Positions 12,521-25,723 of a stretch of DNA of 64,000 bases are shown piece after piece. Numbering within the stretch: the first letter of the stretch is position 1; every line of letters begins with the position of its first letter. Source of the stretch: Azolla caroliniana (taxonomy: Eukaryota; Plantae; Polypodiophyta); the NCBI GenBank assembly GCA_043228905.1, contig JBHGNT010000004.1, positions 13,206,001-13,270,000 of the forward strand, read 5' to 3'. The translations under genes were made by a program, and so were the position numbers. The notes below the pieces were generated by a model. It ran no database searches, was not told where the DNA came from, and saw only the letters and a list, made by a program, of their open reading frames with translations.

Positions 12521-15276
12521 GTAGTAGACAAAAATGTCGGCTTTGCACCGCTAACCCCTTCCCCTCATCCCGGTTCAACTCTTCTCGTGGGAGTCTCGTG
12601 CTTAGGAATTGATGCATGTTGGTTAGCCATTTGTCTTCGTCGACTATCGTGCTAATAGCTGTCGTTTCTGTTGTTACTTTAAACAACTCAGCATCCGGAA
12701 ACTCATCCGGGATTCCATCACCGGTCTCGCCGGAATCTAACCGGCTCAGGTAATCGGCAACTGCATGCTGTATTCCCAGTCGGTGATATATTTCGAGCTC
12801 AAACTCTTGTAGCAACAATGCCCATCAGTCCAACTTGCCGGTGAGCGATGCCTTTGAGACCAAATATAATAGCGTTGAGTGGTCGACATGAAATGAAAAT
12901 TTCTTTCCCAATAAATAGTGCCTGAACTTGGTAACACTCTAAATCATCCCTAAGGCTTCTCATTCTGTTTTTGAATAATTTCGTTTTGCCTGGGATAGTT
13001 TCCGGCTAGCATAATAGACCGGTCGGTACCATTTCGGTTCCGTCAGTTGCAGTAGTGCGCTGCCGATTGCTATGTCAGACGCATCAATGAACACGTGGAA
13101 TTCTTTTGACCAGTCTAATGGTTGCACTACCGGTGCTTGTGATAGTTGTACTTTCAGTGTCCGGTAAGCCTCATCTCAGTATTTGTTCATTGGAACGATG
13201 TCTGATGAACCGTGACATGCAATGGTGTAGCAAGATCGGACAAATACCGGAGCATCTGGCTATGCCACCAGATTTGCCCTAGAAACCGACTCAAAGATTT
13301 GGCTGTGGATGGTGCCGGTGCTTCTAAGATTGCTTTCACCTTATTGGGGTCTACCGCGATCCCATCCTTGCCGACAAGATGGCCCAACAATGCACCGCTT
13401 CTTACTCCAAACACACACTTTACTAGATTCAGGCTTAGCCGATAACTCCTGCATTTCTCAAGACATAGCCGAAGGTGTTGGAGATGTTCTCCTTCTTGAC
13501 TATACACGGTGAAATCATCCAGGAATACCTGCATGAATGCCAGAATGAACTCACCAAATATTTCCATGATTATTCGTTGGAAGGTCGCCGGCGCGGTCTT
13601 GAGTCCGAACATCATTACCATTGCGACAAAGACTCCCCATTCGGTGATGAACGCCGTTTTGTCTTGGTCATCGAGGTGCATCCTTATTTTATTGTAGCCG
13701 TTGAAACCGTCTAGAAAGCTATACACTTCATGACCGGTTACCGCATCCAGGACTCCATCCGTAAATGGAAGTGGAAAGGCGTCAGTCACTGTTGCGGCAT
13801 TGAGTTTCCGATAGTTGACGCAGACCCGGATCTTCCCGGTCTTTTTCGACACGACGACTATGGGGCTTAACCATGTAGCTTTTTTCATTGGTCGGATAAA
13901 ACCGACCCATAGCAACTTGTCAATTTCCTCTTTGACCTTTGCCGCATAGTTAGGGTTCATCCGGTAACGCCGTTGTGCTACCGGTTTGGCATCCTTACTG
14001 AGGTGTATTTGGTGTTGGTACAACTGAGGATCCAACCCCCGCATGTCTTCATAGGACCAGGCGAATACGTCCCGGAATTCCTTTAATAAAGGGATCATCG
14101 TCGTCCTGTTGTCCGGTGACATTTCCTTAGCAATATGAACCGGATTGGCGTCGTCCCCGGTCCCTAAGTTTACTTCCTCTAACTAGGATGCTTTCACGCG
14201 TTGGGATACCGCCATCTCCCTCTCTAGAGTTTCTTCTGCCTGCCGTAATTCTCTGATAGCTTCCCGATCCGGTTCCTCGGCGGCATCGTCCGATTGCATT
14301 CTATATGGTGCCACTGCTTCCGCCACATCGATTTCAAATAGGGGTACAATTTTTGGGTTTTCTTGTAAGTATTGGTCGACCTCTTTGTCTGCAAGCCCCT
14401 TGAGCATGTTTACACCTTCCGCATATAGCGGTGTCAACTCCCTACCTGTACTTGCTCGAGGGTGGGTAGGTACCCTTACTTTAGTCTTTCCTCGTCGGAA
14501 GGTAACCATGTTTTTCTACCAGTTTTGTTTGATATGCGTCGTTTTTAGCCATGGGCGTCCCAGCAACAGCAGATAAGCCCCTTGCGCATTGAGTTGGAGA
14601 ACCACCGCCGAAATGCGGAATGCATGACCTCCGATAGTTACGTCTAGATCCCGTATCAAACCGGTAGGTCTAACCAAACTTGTTTCCGCCATCCGGAGCG
14701 AAAACGGACAAGGTTCCCATTCTTGGATTCCCAGGGTATTACAAGTCCGTAGACTGATCACATTCACGCCCGATCCTCCATCCACAATCGTCCTTGGTAG
14801 TTCTCGTCCTTTGACGATGGCGGTGACTGCCGGAATGTTCGTGACTACCACTGTTGGCCCTTTTTCCGGATTTGAGAAGAACGTAGGAGCTGGCAACGGA
14901 ATTGATGTGGTCATTCTTGATTTCAGCCCTTCCGTAAACCGGGGCACTAGCTGTAATAACCCACCTAATAGCAGCGTAATCTGACATTCTTGTAACGCTT
15001 GCCATGTTGGGTTTTCCGGCTGAATCGTGTCGGTGGCCCCTTCCGGTTTCTCCTTTTGTTGTTCAAGCTCAGCCACATTTTGCTCATTTGCCTTCTTCAC
15101 TGACTCAGTAGCTTCCTTTCAGATTGCCTCCTATGTTTCCCACTCCATTGTTTTGCCTTTTGCCCTGGTCGTGACTTGTTGTATGTCGGCAACGTCTGCT
15201 ACCACCATATTTACGGTTGGTCTTTTCTCGTAGCTTTTAATCGGACATTGATTATTGTAATGTCCTTCTTGCCGAC
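12521..15276 (-). pseudogene. Gypsy B gag C-terminus, protease, RT and RNase H (disrupted)
   Basis: ORFs 14516-15100, 14183-14509, 13187-14122 and 12447-12818 align with the intact paralog at 62100-63974. Confidence 0.9.
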
Positions 15277-18200
15277 TGTAAAGGAATACGTTGTGCGGAA
15301 GCGTGTGCGTAAACACAGAGTACACAGTTCAGAGGAATAAGAAAATTTGGTAAAACATAGAAAACGCAGAGATGGAGATGGAGAGACAGAGAGAAAAGAG
15401 AGCAGACAACAGAAAACTTAGATTCAAAATAATGACTCTCTGTTCTACACATACTTCATGCTTGGTGAGCACCTTATATACAAGCCCTGACAAATCGGGC
15501 TAACACAAGTACTGACAGTACTTGACTGCTCATAAATGAACCTCGACACTTACTCCCAAAATTATTCCTTACAAGGAATATCGCTCTAACGGCGTTTCAG
15601 TTTACGCACCGATACGGCTAGGTTGTGCATACTAACTTATGCGTCCAGTCTACGCACTGGGTTACGTGCCGAATTACGCACCCAATGTTGAGCTTGTCAC
15701 TCAACACTCCCCCTCAAGCTCAACTTGAGGTTCCTCTTGCTCTTCCAGATCTACACTCCGGTCCCTTTTGGCTCAATGCCTCGCTCGCGCTCCTCGACCT
15801 ATTCGATTCCGCTCGCTTCGACCCTTTCGGTCGGCTTGTCTACCCCTTCGGCCCTTCTCAGCTCCCTTGCTGTCGCGGTGTCGGCGTGTCCTTTGCCGCC
15901 TTTTTCTCCGCATGGCCTTCAGTTGATTTGGCATATCCGAACCGAACATTCCGATTGAATCAAACACTTCCGATTCAATTCCACCCTCATCCGAATTGGC
16001 TGTCTCCAATTCGTCTCCTATCTTTAGGCCTTTGACTACATCAGACCACGTCTTGGTCTTGGCCTTTATGCCCTTCTTGGTTGTATCTCCACCTGATTTG
16101 GCTATCCTCAGCTCCTTCTTATGCTTACGGCCCTTGCTTCCGTCTTCGGCTTCTTCATCCGGTTCGAAGTCAAATTCTCCACCCGACTCCACATCACCGT
16201 CACATACATCACGATGACCACCTCTGCTCCTTTCACGCTCTTGTTCCTGTTTTTCTTCCTTTCTCCCCCTCAAGTTCAGCGTGTGAAGGTGACGCAACCC
16301 AAGCTCACCCAAGAAACGTCGTAACTTGTCAAGACCAAGAGGCTTGCTGAAGATGTCGGCAACCTGCCGATCAGTCGGATCATGCACCAGTTTGACTTCA
16401 TTTGAAAGGACCCGCTCGCGAACAAAATGGTAATGCACCTCAATGTGCTTGGTACGGGCATGGAACACAGGGTTTTTTGCAAGGTGGATACTGCTGAGGT
16501 TTTCACAATAGATCGTCGGCGGATCAGACACCTCTACCTGCAGATCCCGTAAAAGTCGTTTCAGCCAAATGACTTCGCACGTGGCGACAGTCGCCCCTCG
16601 ATATTCGGCCTCCGTGCTCGACAGTGTGACTGTCGGCTGCTTTTTGCTGCTCCACACGATCGCCGCACTTCCTAATGAGAATGCGGATCCAGATGTGGAT
16701 CGACGATCGTGGGCGTTTCTGGCCCAATCAGCATTCGTGTAGCCAACTAACTGTTCAGCTACGCTTGCTCGATATAGCAACGCCATGTCTTTCGTGCCGC
16801 TTACGTATCACAATATCCATTGTGCGCACTGGAAGTGTTCGGCCGTAGGCTGTGACATGAATTGACTGATCGTGCCAACCGGGTAACTGAGGTCCGGCCG
16901 AGTTATAGTCAAATAGATGAGGCTTCCGACAATCGGTCGGAACCGTGTCGGGTCGCACGCCTTTCCCGAATCTTGGCGAAGCTTTACGTTTCTATCCAGA
17001 GGGGTCGAGATGGGCTTACAGTTTGCCATCCTGAACTTGAAGAGCATATTCAGCGCGAAATGACGTTGGCTGATCAATATGCCTTCGGTGGTACAGATCA
17101 CTTCGATCCTAAGGAAGTAATGAAGGTCTCCAAGATCCTTCATTTCAAACGATGCCGCAAGTTGAGACTTCATGCGGCGGATTTCGTCAAGGTCGGCACC
17201 GACGATGACTAAATCATCAACGTACAAGAGCAGGCTAACCGGTCCATATTGACCTTGCCAAACAAATAGAGAAGAGTCTGATTTCGACAGCGCAAACCCC
17301 ATCCTACGCAACTGTTGCATAATCTTTGCTTTCCAAGCTTGCGGGGCTTTCTTTAGTCCGTATAAGGACTTCTTCAATCGGCAAATTGCCGAGGTGTTTT
17401 GTTCGGATAGAAATCCAGGGGGTTGTACCATGTACACCTGCTCCTCAAGATCACCTGGCAGGAACGCGTGATTTACATCCATTTGATGTAAGTACCACCC
17501 CTTTGTCGCTGCTACGGCTAGCAGGACGCGCACGGTAGTCATCTTCGTGACAGGCGCGAAGGTCTCGTCATAGTTCACGCACGCCCTACTTCTGTGCGTA
17601 GCCTTTCGCTACCAACCTGGCCTTGTATCGGTTGACCGAGCCGTCGGTGTTATACTTGACCTTGTACACCCACCTACATCCAATCGGCTTCACACCCTTC
17701 AGTGCGACAACTAGGTCCTAGGTTTCATTCTCCAATAATGCGCGCATTTCTTCCTCTATTGCGGCACACCAGTTCGCGTCTTTCGCTGCTTCTGTGTAGC
17801 TCTCCGGCTTATGCACTTCTGCCACTCGCATCATGTACGCGTAATGGTGTGCCATGTACTCATTATACGCGTATCTCTTTACGGGGTTCTTGAGGCGGGT
17901 AGATCGGCGTAATTCGTGATTACCCGATTTCACGACCTTTTTGGCTACCGTCGACCTCTTCCGGGGAGATTCCTTTTCAGTTTGCCCGTAGTCAGACTCA
18001 CTCTGATCTGACTCGGTGATGCCGAAGTCGTATTCCAGTATTTTCTTCTTGCCTTTTTCCTTGCGCGTGAGCCATCTCCTCAGCTTCCTGCGTGGGGAAT
18101 GCATGGCCGAGTCTCCACTACTCATCATCTCATCGTCTGGTTGGCCATCTCGGCCCAACCCCTCATTTTGCCCGCTTAGCAGAAATGAGATCAGACTCTC

Positions 18201-21112
18201 TCCTAGAGCTCTGACGTCCTCATCATGCGGAGGCATTGCAGCCTCGTTGATTTCTTCTTCAGAAATCGGAATGGAGTCTTGAGGTACTGAAGGTGAAGGC
18301 AAGTACCATGACACGGAGTTGTCAAATACGACATCGCGGCTTACGCGTACTTCCTTCGTTTGGGGGTTATAGCACTTATACCCCTTCTGCTCGTCTGAAT
18401 AGCCGACCAAGATACATTTCTCGACCTTAGCATCCAGCTTCCTCCTTTTCTCCTTCGACACGTGCACATACGCAATGCTACTGAAAATCCTCATGTGTGC
18501 CAAGTTCGGCTTGTTTCCCAAATACAACTCATGTGGTGACACTCGTCCATTAGCAGGAGTCCGATTCTGCAGGTAGACAGTCGTCTTCATGGCTTCAGCC
18601 CAATAGAATTTCGGCATATGCTTCTCTTCAAGCATTGCCCTGGCTGCTTCTTCAATCATCCGATTCTTCCGCTCGGCTACGCCATTCTGCTCCGGCGTAT
18701 ATCTACACGAGAATTCGCGTCGAATTCCCTCCTTCTGTAGATAACTTGTGAACTAGTCGGAGAAGTACTCCTTCCCGCCATCGGATCGTAGGCATTTGAT
18801 CTTACGCCCCGTTTCCCTTTCCGCAAGGCTCTTCACCTTCAGGAAACATGCGAAGACTTCGTTCTTTTTCTCAATCATGTATGCCCACGTGTGCCGAGTG
18901 AAGTCATCAATGAAGGTTACAAAGTAACGGCTTCCACCGAGACTCGCGTTCTATGCCGGACCCCACACATCCGAATGGATCAAATCCAACGGACTTCCAC
19001 TACGATTACGCTCATTGGGGAATGGAAGTCGGTGTTGTTTTCCCATCAGACAGGCTTCACAGAGTTGGCCATTCTGCCCACGAAATTTTGGTCACCCGAA
19101 AACAATGTTCTTCGTTTGCATTTCACGAAGCCGTGGGAAATTTACGTGGCCGAACCGCTTGTGCCACAAGTCGATATCTGATTCGACCTTTTGTCCTTTC
19201 GCATACAACGCGGTTCGGGCTTCATTAGTGTCGAGGATAAACATCCTCCCTTCACGACGCCCTTGTGCAATTACTTTGCCTTCCTCTTCTATGAAGCAAT
19301 CGAGATGCGTGAATCGAACCTACATTCCCTGGTCGACAATCTGACCGACCGACACTAGGTTCTTTGTTATTGTCGGGACGTGTAGCACATTCATGAGTTT
19401 CCCTTTCTGGCCGATGTGGCTGAGAGGAACTTCACCGACATGTTCAATGGTATGCGGAGTGTCGTCTCCCGTTTCAACCACTCCTTGTGATTCCGGTTCC
19501 TCCAAGTACGAGAACCATTCCTCATGACTCGTCATATGATTTGACGCTTTGGAATCAACATAGCACACCTCGCTTGATTTCGAGGTGTTCACGGCCATAG
19601 AATTGGCCTTATGCTTCATTACGAAGGCTGGGCTCGATTTGTTTCCGGCTCGTTCAAAGCCTTCTGCGTAGTACGATCTTTGGCGCCTATCTACGTCTCT
19701 TCGGCTCGATTCGGCTTTGTCCGAATCAGCTCGCTTTTTCCAGGACTCGCTCTCCTTGTGGCCTTTCTTGCCAACCAGCAATTCGGCGCGGTCTTCTCTT
19801 GCCGTCTTCCGACACCGTCATGACTCCCCCTGCTTGCGGAGGGTTCGGAACTGCTTCCGGCATCTCGATTATGCTGCTTGTTCTGCTCTTGTCGGCCACC
19901 TCCATTGCATTCCGATCTGCCTCGTCCACCATGACCACGGGGCCTATCATCCTCCATGTAGAGCATCTTGTCATTGGCGTGCGCACTCGTCGACGCACCC
20001 GTGTGGTTTTCTTCTACAAGCAACATTGATTGAAGCTCGAAAAACAAAGGTGTAATCTCCCTCGCGTAGACTGCTGTTCAGAATGGTCCAAACTTTGATG
20101 CCAAGCCACCAAGACAAACCTGCACCATTTCATCTTCCTCGACGTTCACGTTGACGGAGGCAAGAGAGTCGCAGATTTCTTTGATCTTGGTGGTGTAATC
20201 AGCCATCGAAATATCTCTTTGTTGCACATTGCTGAGCTCCTGTCTGAGCTACAACTTTTTGGCCGTTGTGCTGGTGGCAAAAATCCTTTTGAGATTCGCC
20301 CACACGTTCTTAGGCGTCCTGGCATCTCGAATAGAGCTCAAAAGCTTATCGCTCACACAGGACACGAAGTAGTACAACACACTGCTTGCCGCTTGTTCAC
20401 AAGCCGGATAGTCCTTGTGTGTCGAGTCCAGTGCCATATCATTTGCTCCTTCGACATAACTCCAGTAGCCATGGCCAAGAGGGTACTAGTGCATCTTGTA
20501 TGACCACGATGCGTAGTTGCTCCTGTCAAGCTTTTCAGTCGGAAGTGAGCTTCCCATACCTCTGTCCATATTACTGTCTTTTCCTTTTTCAGAAAATGAA
20601 GAACAACTTCAACTCTGTTTTGTCGCAAGCTTTTCTTGTCGGCTGTAGAGGACTTCAACCCTCGCGCTCTGATACCATGTAAAAGAATACATTGTGCGGA
20701 AGCGTGTGTGTAAACATAGAGTACACAGTTCGGAGGAATAAGACAATTCGGTAAACACAGAAAACACAGAGATGGAGATGGAGATGGAGAGACAGAGAGA
20801 AAAGAGAGCAGACAACAAAAAACTTAGATTCAAAATAATGACTCTCTGTTCTACAAATACTTCATGCTAGGTGAGCACCTTATATACAAGCCCTGACAAA
20901 TCGGGCTGACACAAGTACTGACAGTACTTGACTGCTCATAAATGAGCCTCGACACTTACTCCCAAAATTATTCCTTACGAGGAATATCTCTCTAACAGCC
21001 TTTTGGTTTACGCACCAATATGACCAGGTTGTGCGTATTAACTTACGCGTCCAGTCTACGCACTGGGTTACGCGCCATATTACGCATTCAATGTTGAGCT
21101 TGTCACTCAACA
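15277..21112 (-). mobile_element. Full-length Ty1/copia element C nested in the gag zinc knuckle of B
   Basis: LTRs 15277-15706 and 20678-21112; TSD CCGAC/CCGGC; PBS (reverse complement of TGGTATCAGAGC) 20666-20677; PPT at 15707; gag-PR-IN-RT-RH with stops and frameshifts. Removing it restores CYYCRQEGHYNNQC. Confidence 0.95.
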
Positions 21113-22270
21113 CCGGCAATAGTAGCAGTATGCTTTCCGGGTGTTGCTGGATTCGGCGTTCGCTCCGGTACCCGGTTGAGGTCCTATTGGTGGTCGGTTG
21201 GGTGCTTGGCCTTGGTCTGGATACTTGGCGTGCCCTTGTCCGGCTGCCACTGGCGGTCCTCCTTTCTAGCATTCCATTTTTTGTTGAAGCGTTTTTTGTT
21301 CCGGTACCCCTGTCGGTGCCGGTTTTCATAGTTGCCTTGATCCTCCCTCCGTTGGTTGTAACCGGGGGAGTGATCCCGGTTGTATCGCTCATATCGTTCA
21401 CCGTTGTAATCCCGATAGCTATCCTGCCAGTGTCGGTCGTGAGCGTCCTTTCTGTCGTTGTTTCGGGTATCTTGTGTTGGCCGGTAATGCTCATCTCGCC
21501 ACTAGCGTTCTTCTTCCTCCTCCCAGTTGCTCTGGGGTTCGATTTTCCTTACCGGTGCTGCTTGCCGGTTCAGCAAGTTATATTCGCATCGGTCCATTGT
21601 GTGCTTCCTGGAATGGCATAACATGCGCTGTGTCCGCATGGTACATTCTATTGTCGAGTGCCCGACATTGAGACAAGTTGTACATTGTATAGCTTGCCGA
21701 AAACATAGGTCGTCTTCTGTCGGTAATGTACGTTGGAGTGCCCCCATTGTTAACCACGAGCTTGTTTTCTCCATCTACCTGACCCGTTCTATGACTTGGT
21801 CGATCGTGTTGGCGCAGAAATCGATCATTGCGCACACCGTATGCAAGGGTTCTCGGAGTGCTGCTAGGAATATTGCTTTCGCCTCTGCCTCCGGTGATGC
21901 CCGATTGAGCTGACTGTGCATTCGCTGGAACCGGATTACGAATTGCTAAATGGTTTCCGTAGGTTCCTGCCATATGGTGTAGAATAGGCCGACCATCTCC
22001 CGTTGATCCACCTCCTTGTTGAAGAACTATAAAAATCTAGTTTTTAAGTCCTCAAACGTCGTGATGGTGCCGAGAGTGTTCGTCAAGTGCCATCGCATGG
22101 CTGGTCCTTCCAAAGTCATGCCGAACTCTGCAATCTTAGAGTGTTCTGCTTCGGCCGCGGTGAAGCGTTGCGACACATGGTTTGCTTCCCATGTTTGAAA
22201 AAATGCATAGACATGAGCTTCTGCGTCTGGATCATCCCAGTACTTGGGATATTGGAATGGCATGTCGTCG

Positions 22271-22411
22271 TCCGGTGTGAGAGGTTTCCCCTCCTCTTCC
22301 TTCGGTGTCAGAGGTCTTTGCTCCTCTTCTTTCGGTGTCAGAGGTCTTCCCTCTTCTTCCGGTGTCGGAGGTCTTCCCTCTTCTTCCGATGTCGGAGGTC
22401 TTTTCTCCTCT
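22271..22411 (-). repeat. Coding minisatellite (27-30 bp x 5) in gypsy B gag, encoding EEEGRP(P/L)TP repeats
   Basis: TTCGGTGTCAGAGGTCTT-type units; ORF 22027-22827. Confidence 0.85.
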
Positions 22412-23874
22412 TGCCGGTCTGGGGCTTCCAATTCCGTGAACTCTAGTTCTTGTGTCGGCAAGGAATCTGACTGCTCGTCCTCCGGTCTGTCTAGGGTATC
22501 GTGGTTGCTATGGTAATTCGAATGGGCGGTGCATTCACCGTCCGAATTGGATTCGAAGGCCGAGAATGGTTCCGAATTGCCTCCCCCTGTCGCTAGTGCC
22601 TGCAGAATGGATTCCGCATCCCGGAGACTGCTCAAGCTGCTTCCTTTGTCCGGTTGGGAATTTTGTTGCCCGCGGAGTGACTCTACGGCCACTCGCTGGA
22701 TTACTTTTGAAAATGATAGATCCACACGGATCTCTTTTGCCGCCTGTTGGAAAGCCTCCCGCTTTCGCAATCGTTCGGCGAGTCTTCTTGCTTGCTCTGT
22801 AACCGGGTCACTTATTGGTCTAGTCATCCATGCCCGTCGTTGTTCGCTGCATTTGGGCAGGAATCGTGGTCGCCAAAAACAGTGTTATCGCTAGAGCCGT
22901 ACAATGGCCTAAAACAGGGTGTCCCCTTGAGACACTTCACCAAAGGGGTGTTACGGTGAGATAGAGTTAGACCGACTATTAATGGAACCCTAATTGGTTA
23001 CTAGCGGCAATATCATTAGTCACAATACATGCGTAGGATAAATTACACTTAACACAGAATGGTAATTAACAATGATTAAGATATAGATCAACAACACTCT
23101 ATTAATTATCTACTAATTATTACAATCTAACCGGGCCCTTTTATAGGTCTCCAGCTCTAGGTACAAACCGGTGCCAACCGGCTACCGGTTACGAACCGGT
23201 CCGGATCCGGATCGGCATACCGACTCCGGGTCCGTTCATTCGCTTCTCAAAATCATAATAATTCTATCTTATAACATTATAACTAATCAGCTCTTGGTTA
23301 TTAATTATCCCCCTTTCCCCCTTCTGGACTTCCCTTGCCGGCCGACTAACAATAAGCAGAAAAAGGAAGCCGAGCCGACCGAAGGAGTCGGCACATCCGA
23401 ACAACTCGAAGCAAGCAGCAGTAGCGGCAGAATCAAGAAGGACAGAGCCGACCGAAAGAAGGCCAAGACCCGGACGTTGTCCGATGTGGTGAAGGGCCTA
23501 AAAACGAAACATGAGTTGGAGACTACCAACTCGGACAAGAGCTGGAATGAATCGGAGGAAGCCGATTCGGTTCAAGATTCAGAGAAGCTGGATCAACTAA
23601 AGGCCAAGTAGACAAGAAGGTAGTGGAAGTCGACACCGACACGGAGGAACCGATGGATCGACAAGTGCTGGAATCATAACAGCAAAGGAGCTGAAATGGG
23701 CCTGTTGAGCAAGGAGGTCGAGGTGCGCAATACCAAACGAGTTGCGAGAAGCAGAACCGGACCGGACGAGGAGCGCGAGCAAGGCAAGAGGACATCAAAA
23801 GGAACCGGAGGAAAGGACCGCCTACTGCAGACACTAACACCACGATCCGACCTCAAGTTGAGTTTGAGGGGGAG

Positions 23875-24309
23875 TGTTGAGCGAGCAAGCTCAATCGGAT
23901 CCAGATCGGCTGAGTAAGCTAAAGCCTGATCCGTATTCGGATCGGTGTTCCGATGGTATCCAGAACCAGGATCCGGATCGGATTGAAACCGGTAGGCCAC
24001 TAGAGGCCTACAGATCCAGCCTAGTACGTAGGCATATTTTTGGGAGTCAGTGATAGTCGCCAATGTGAGCATTGAAGTACCTGTTAGTACTTCTGTGAGT
24101 CCTTTATGGACTTGTATAAAAGTGCTCTCTGAGCACATTCTATGTACAGATTGGAGAGTATTATTTTGAATAGAGTTTTATGTTCTGCTCTCTCACTGTC
24201 TCTCCCGCATATATATTCTCTGTGTTAAGCTTCCATTGAACCTTCCTCTCTAACTGTTGCTATCCGGCAGAGCCGATTTGGCATAAGCTTCCACACGCTA
24301 ACTTTAACA
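23875..24309 (+). repeat. 3' LTR of copia D
   Basis: Follows PPT; TGTTGAG...TTTAACA; homologous to the other family LTRs. Confidence 0.88.
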
Positions 24310-25723
24310 TACATATAATCTTCATTGCATCTTTATGAACATTCAACCATTACTATTGTTTCATGTTGCATCACAAATGCACCATCTTTATCACAGTCTT
24401 CACTAGTTGAAGCATAATTATTTTTCTATCTTCCCTCTTTTTTCATCATTTTGCTTTTTATAGCATTCAGCTTGTGTATGGCTTGGTTTTCAACAATACC
24501 AACAGCCATCATCATTCAAATAAGTTTGCTTACCTCTGCCTCGATTGTCCCCCCTGCGTCTGATGTTGTTTCGTCCACTTATAGCATGTTGTCCTATTCT
24601 TTGATTGTTATTGGTTCTAGCTAAACCAAATCTTCCATGGCCTCTTCCTCGGCCTCTTCCAACACTATTGTAGAGGGCTTGCCCCTCAGTCTCAGAGTTT
24701 CCTTTCTTTACATCATTCATCTGATTTCTTTCTTCCACTACAAGCATTGAAACCAGATCTGGAAAACTTGGAACGTTATCCCTTGTGAGAATAGATGTTT
24801 TGAAGCTTTTATATTGAGGTCCTAAGCCCTTACGCATATTTCCACCTTATCATCATCTTCTACCTTCACATTAATAGAAGCAAGTGATTCACATATGCTC
24901 TTTATTTTCAGAGCATACTCATTAACTGACATCTTACCTTTTTCCAAGGTATTTAGCTTAGTCTTCAACTGAAGCTTTCTAGCCTTTGTGTTTATTGCAA
25001 ATAGTTTTACCAAACTGTCCCAAGCTTCTTTTGGAAGAAAAGCATCTTGTATGTGTCCAAGCATCGAATCTGAGATGCTAAGTGACAACCAATGCCCCTT
25101 GATTCCATTCCTTAAATGTTTTAATCTGTGCAGCAGTTGCATTTTCTTCAGGGATCTCTAGAGCCTCTTCTAGGTCTCCTTCAATATAATCCCAATATCC
25201 TTTTCCCATCAAGAAATTTGTCATTCTGAATTTCCACACAGGGGAAATTATTTTTGTCCAATTTTTCTGTGACTATTTGGCTTCCATTCTTAGTAGCCAT
25301 TCTCTCTTTCAAATTAGGGCTTTTGCTACGCTTAACTTCATAGACAACTTTCTGATTCAGATCAACAACTAGAAACAAACTTCTCAAATCTGTAATGTTC
25401 CTCTTTACGACCAACTCTACTCTGATACCATGTTACGAAGGCGCTCCGGCTCTTCTTTGTGCACAGCGGATCGTGATGTGCTGGATCGTTTAATGTGCTC
25501 AAGACAGAAAAGGAAGGGGGAATGAGACTTACCTCTGTAGCAACCCAAAAAGATTCCAGTTGATTACACACAGAGAACCTCTCTCGTCTGTTTCTTCTTT
25601 TTCTTACAACTACCTTCTACTTTTTTACCTAAGTTATAAGTGACTTACATATGCATTTAATTAGCTGCAACTAGTTAAATAGTTGTGAATAGCTAAATAG
25701 TTGTTTTACCTACATGCCTAATA
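24310..25723 (-). mobile_element. Copia element E, 5' part (LTR, PBS, gag), interrupted by D
   Basis: PBS reverse complement CTCTGATACCA at 25420-25430. Gag remnants (EKLDKNNF, ARKLQLKT, GCWYC knuckle). The LTR far end (about 25723) is approximate. Confidence 0.8.

Larger units (their letters stand above)
12479..23351 (-). mobile_element. Non-chromovirus Ty3/gypsy element B (integrase and most of the 3' LTR deleted)
   Basis: 5' LTR 22883-23351 (TGTTA...TAACA). PBS TGGCGACCAC at 22866-22875. gag 21113-22827 plus 15100-15276; protease VDGGSGVN; RT FLDD; RNase H. 42-bp 3' LTR remnant at 12479-12520. Confidence 0.9.
7036..24309 (+). mobile_element. Ty1/copia element D (degenerate; 5' part outside window), split by the 9175-23351 insertion
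   Basis: Post-protease, RT (YVDD) and RNase H remnants at 7036-9174; resumes at 23352 with the C-terminal extension; PPT TTGAGGGGGAG; 3' LTR 23875-24309. Two internal deletions. Confidence 0.88.

Noticed and set aside
21031-21621. 196-aa Val-rich ORF
   Set aside because: It is antisense to the R/D/N-rich gag region of B and crosses the C insertion boundary.
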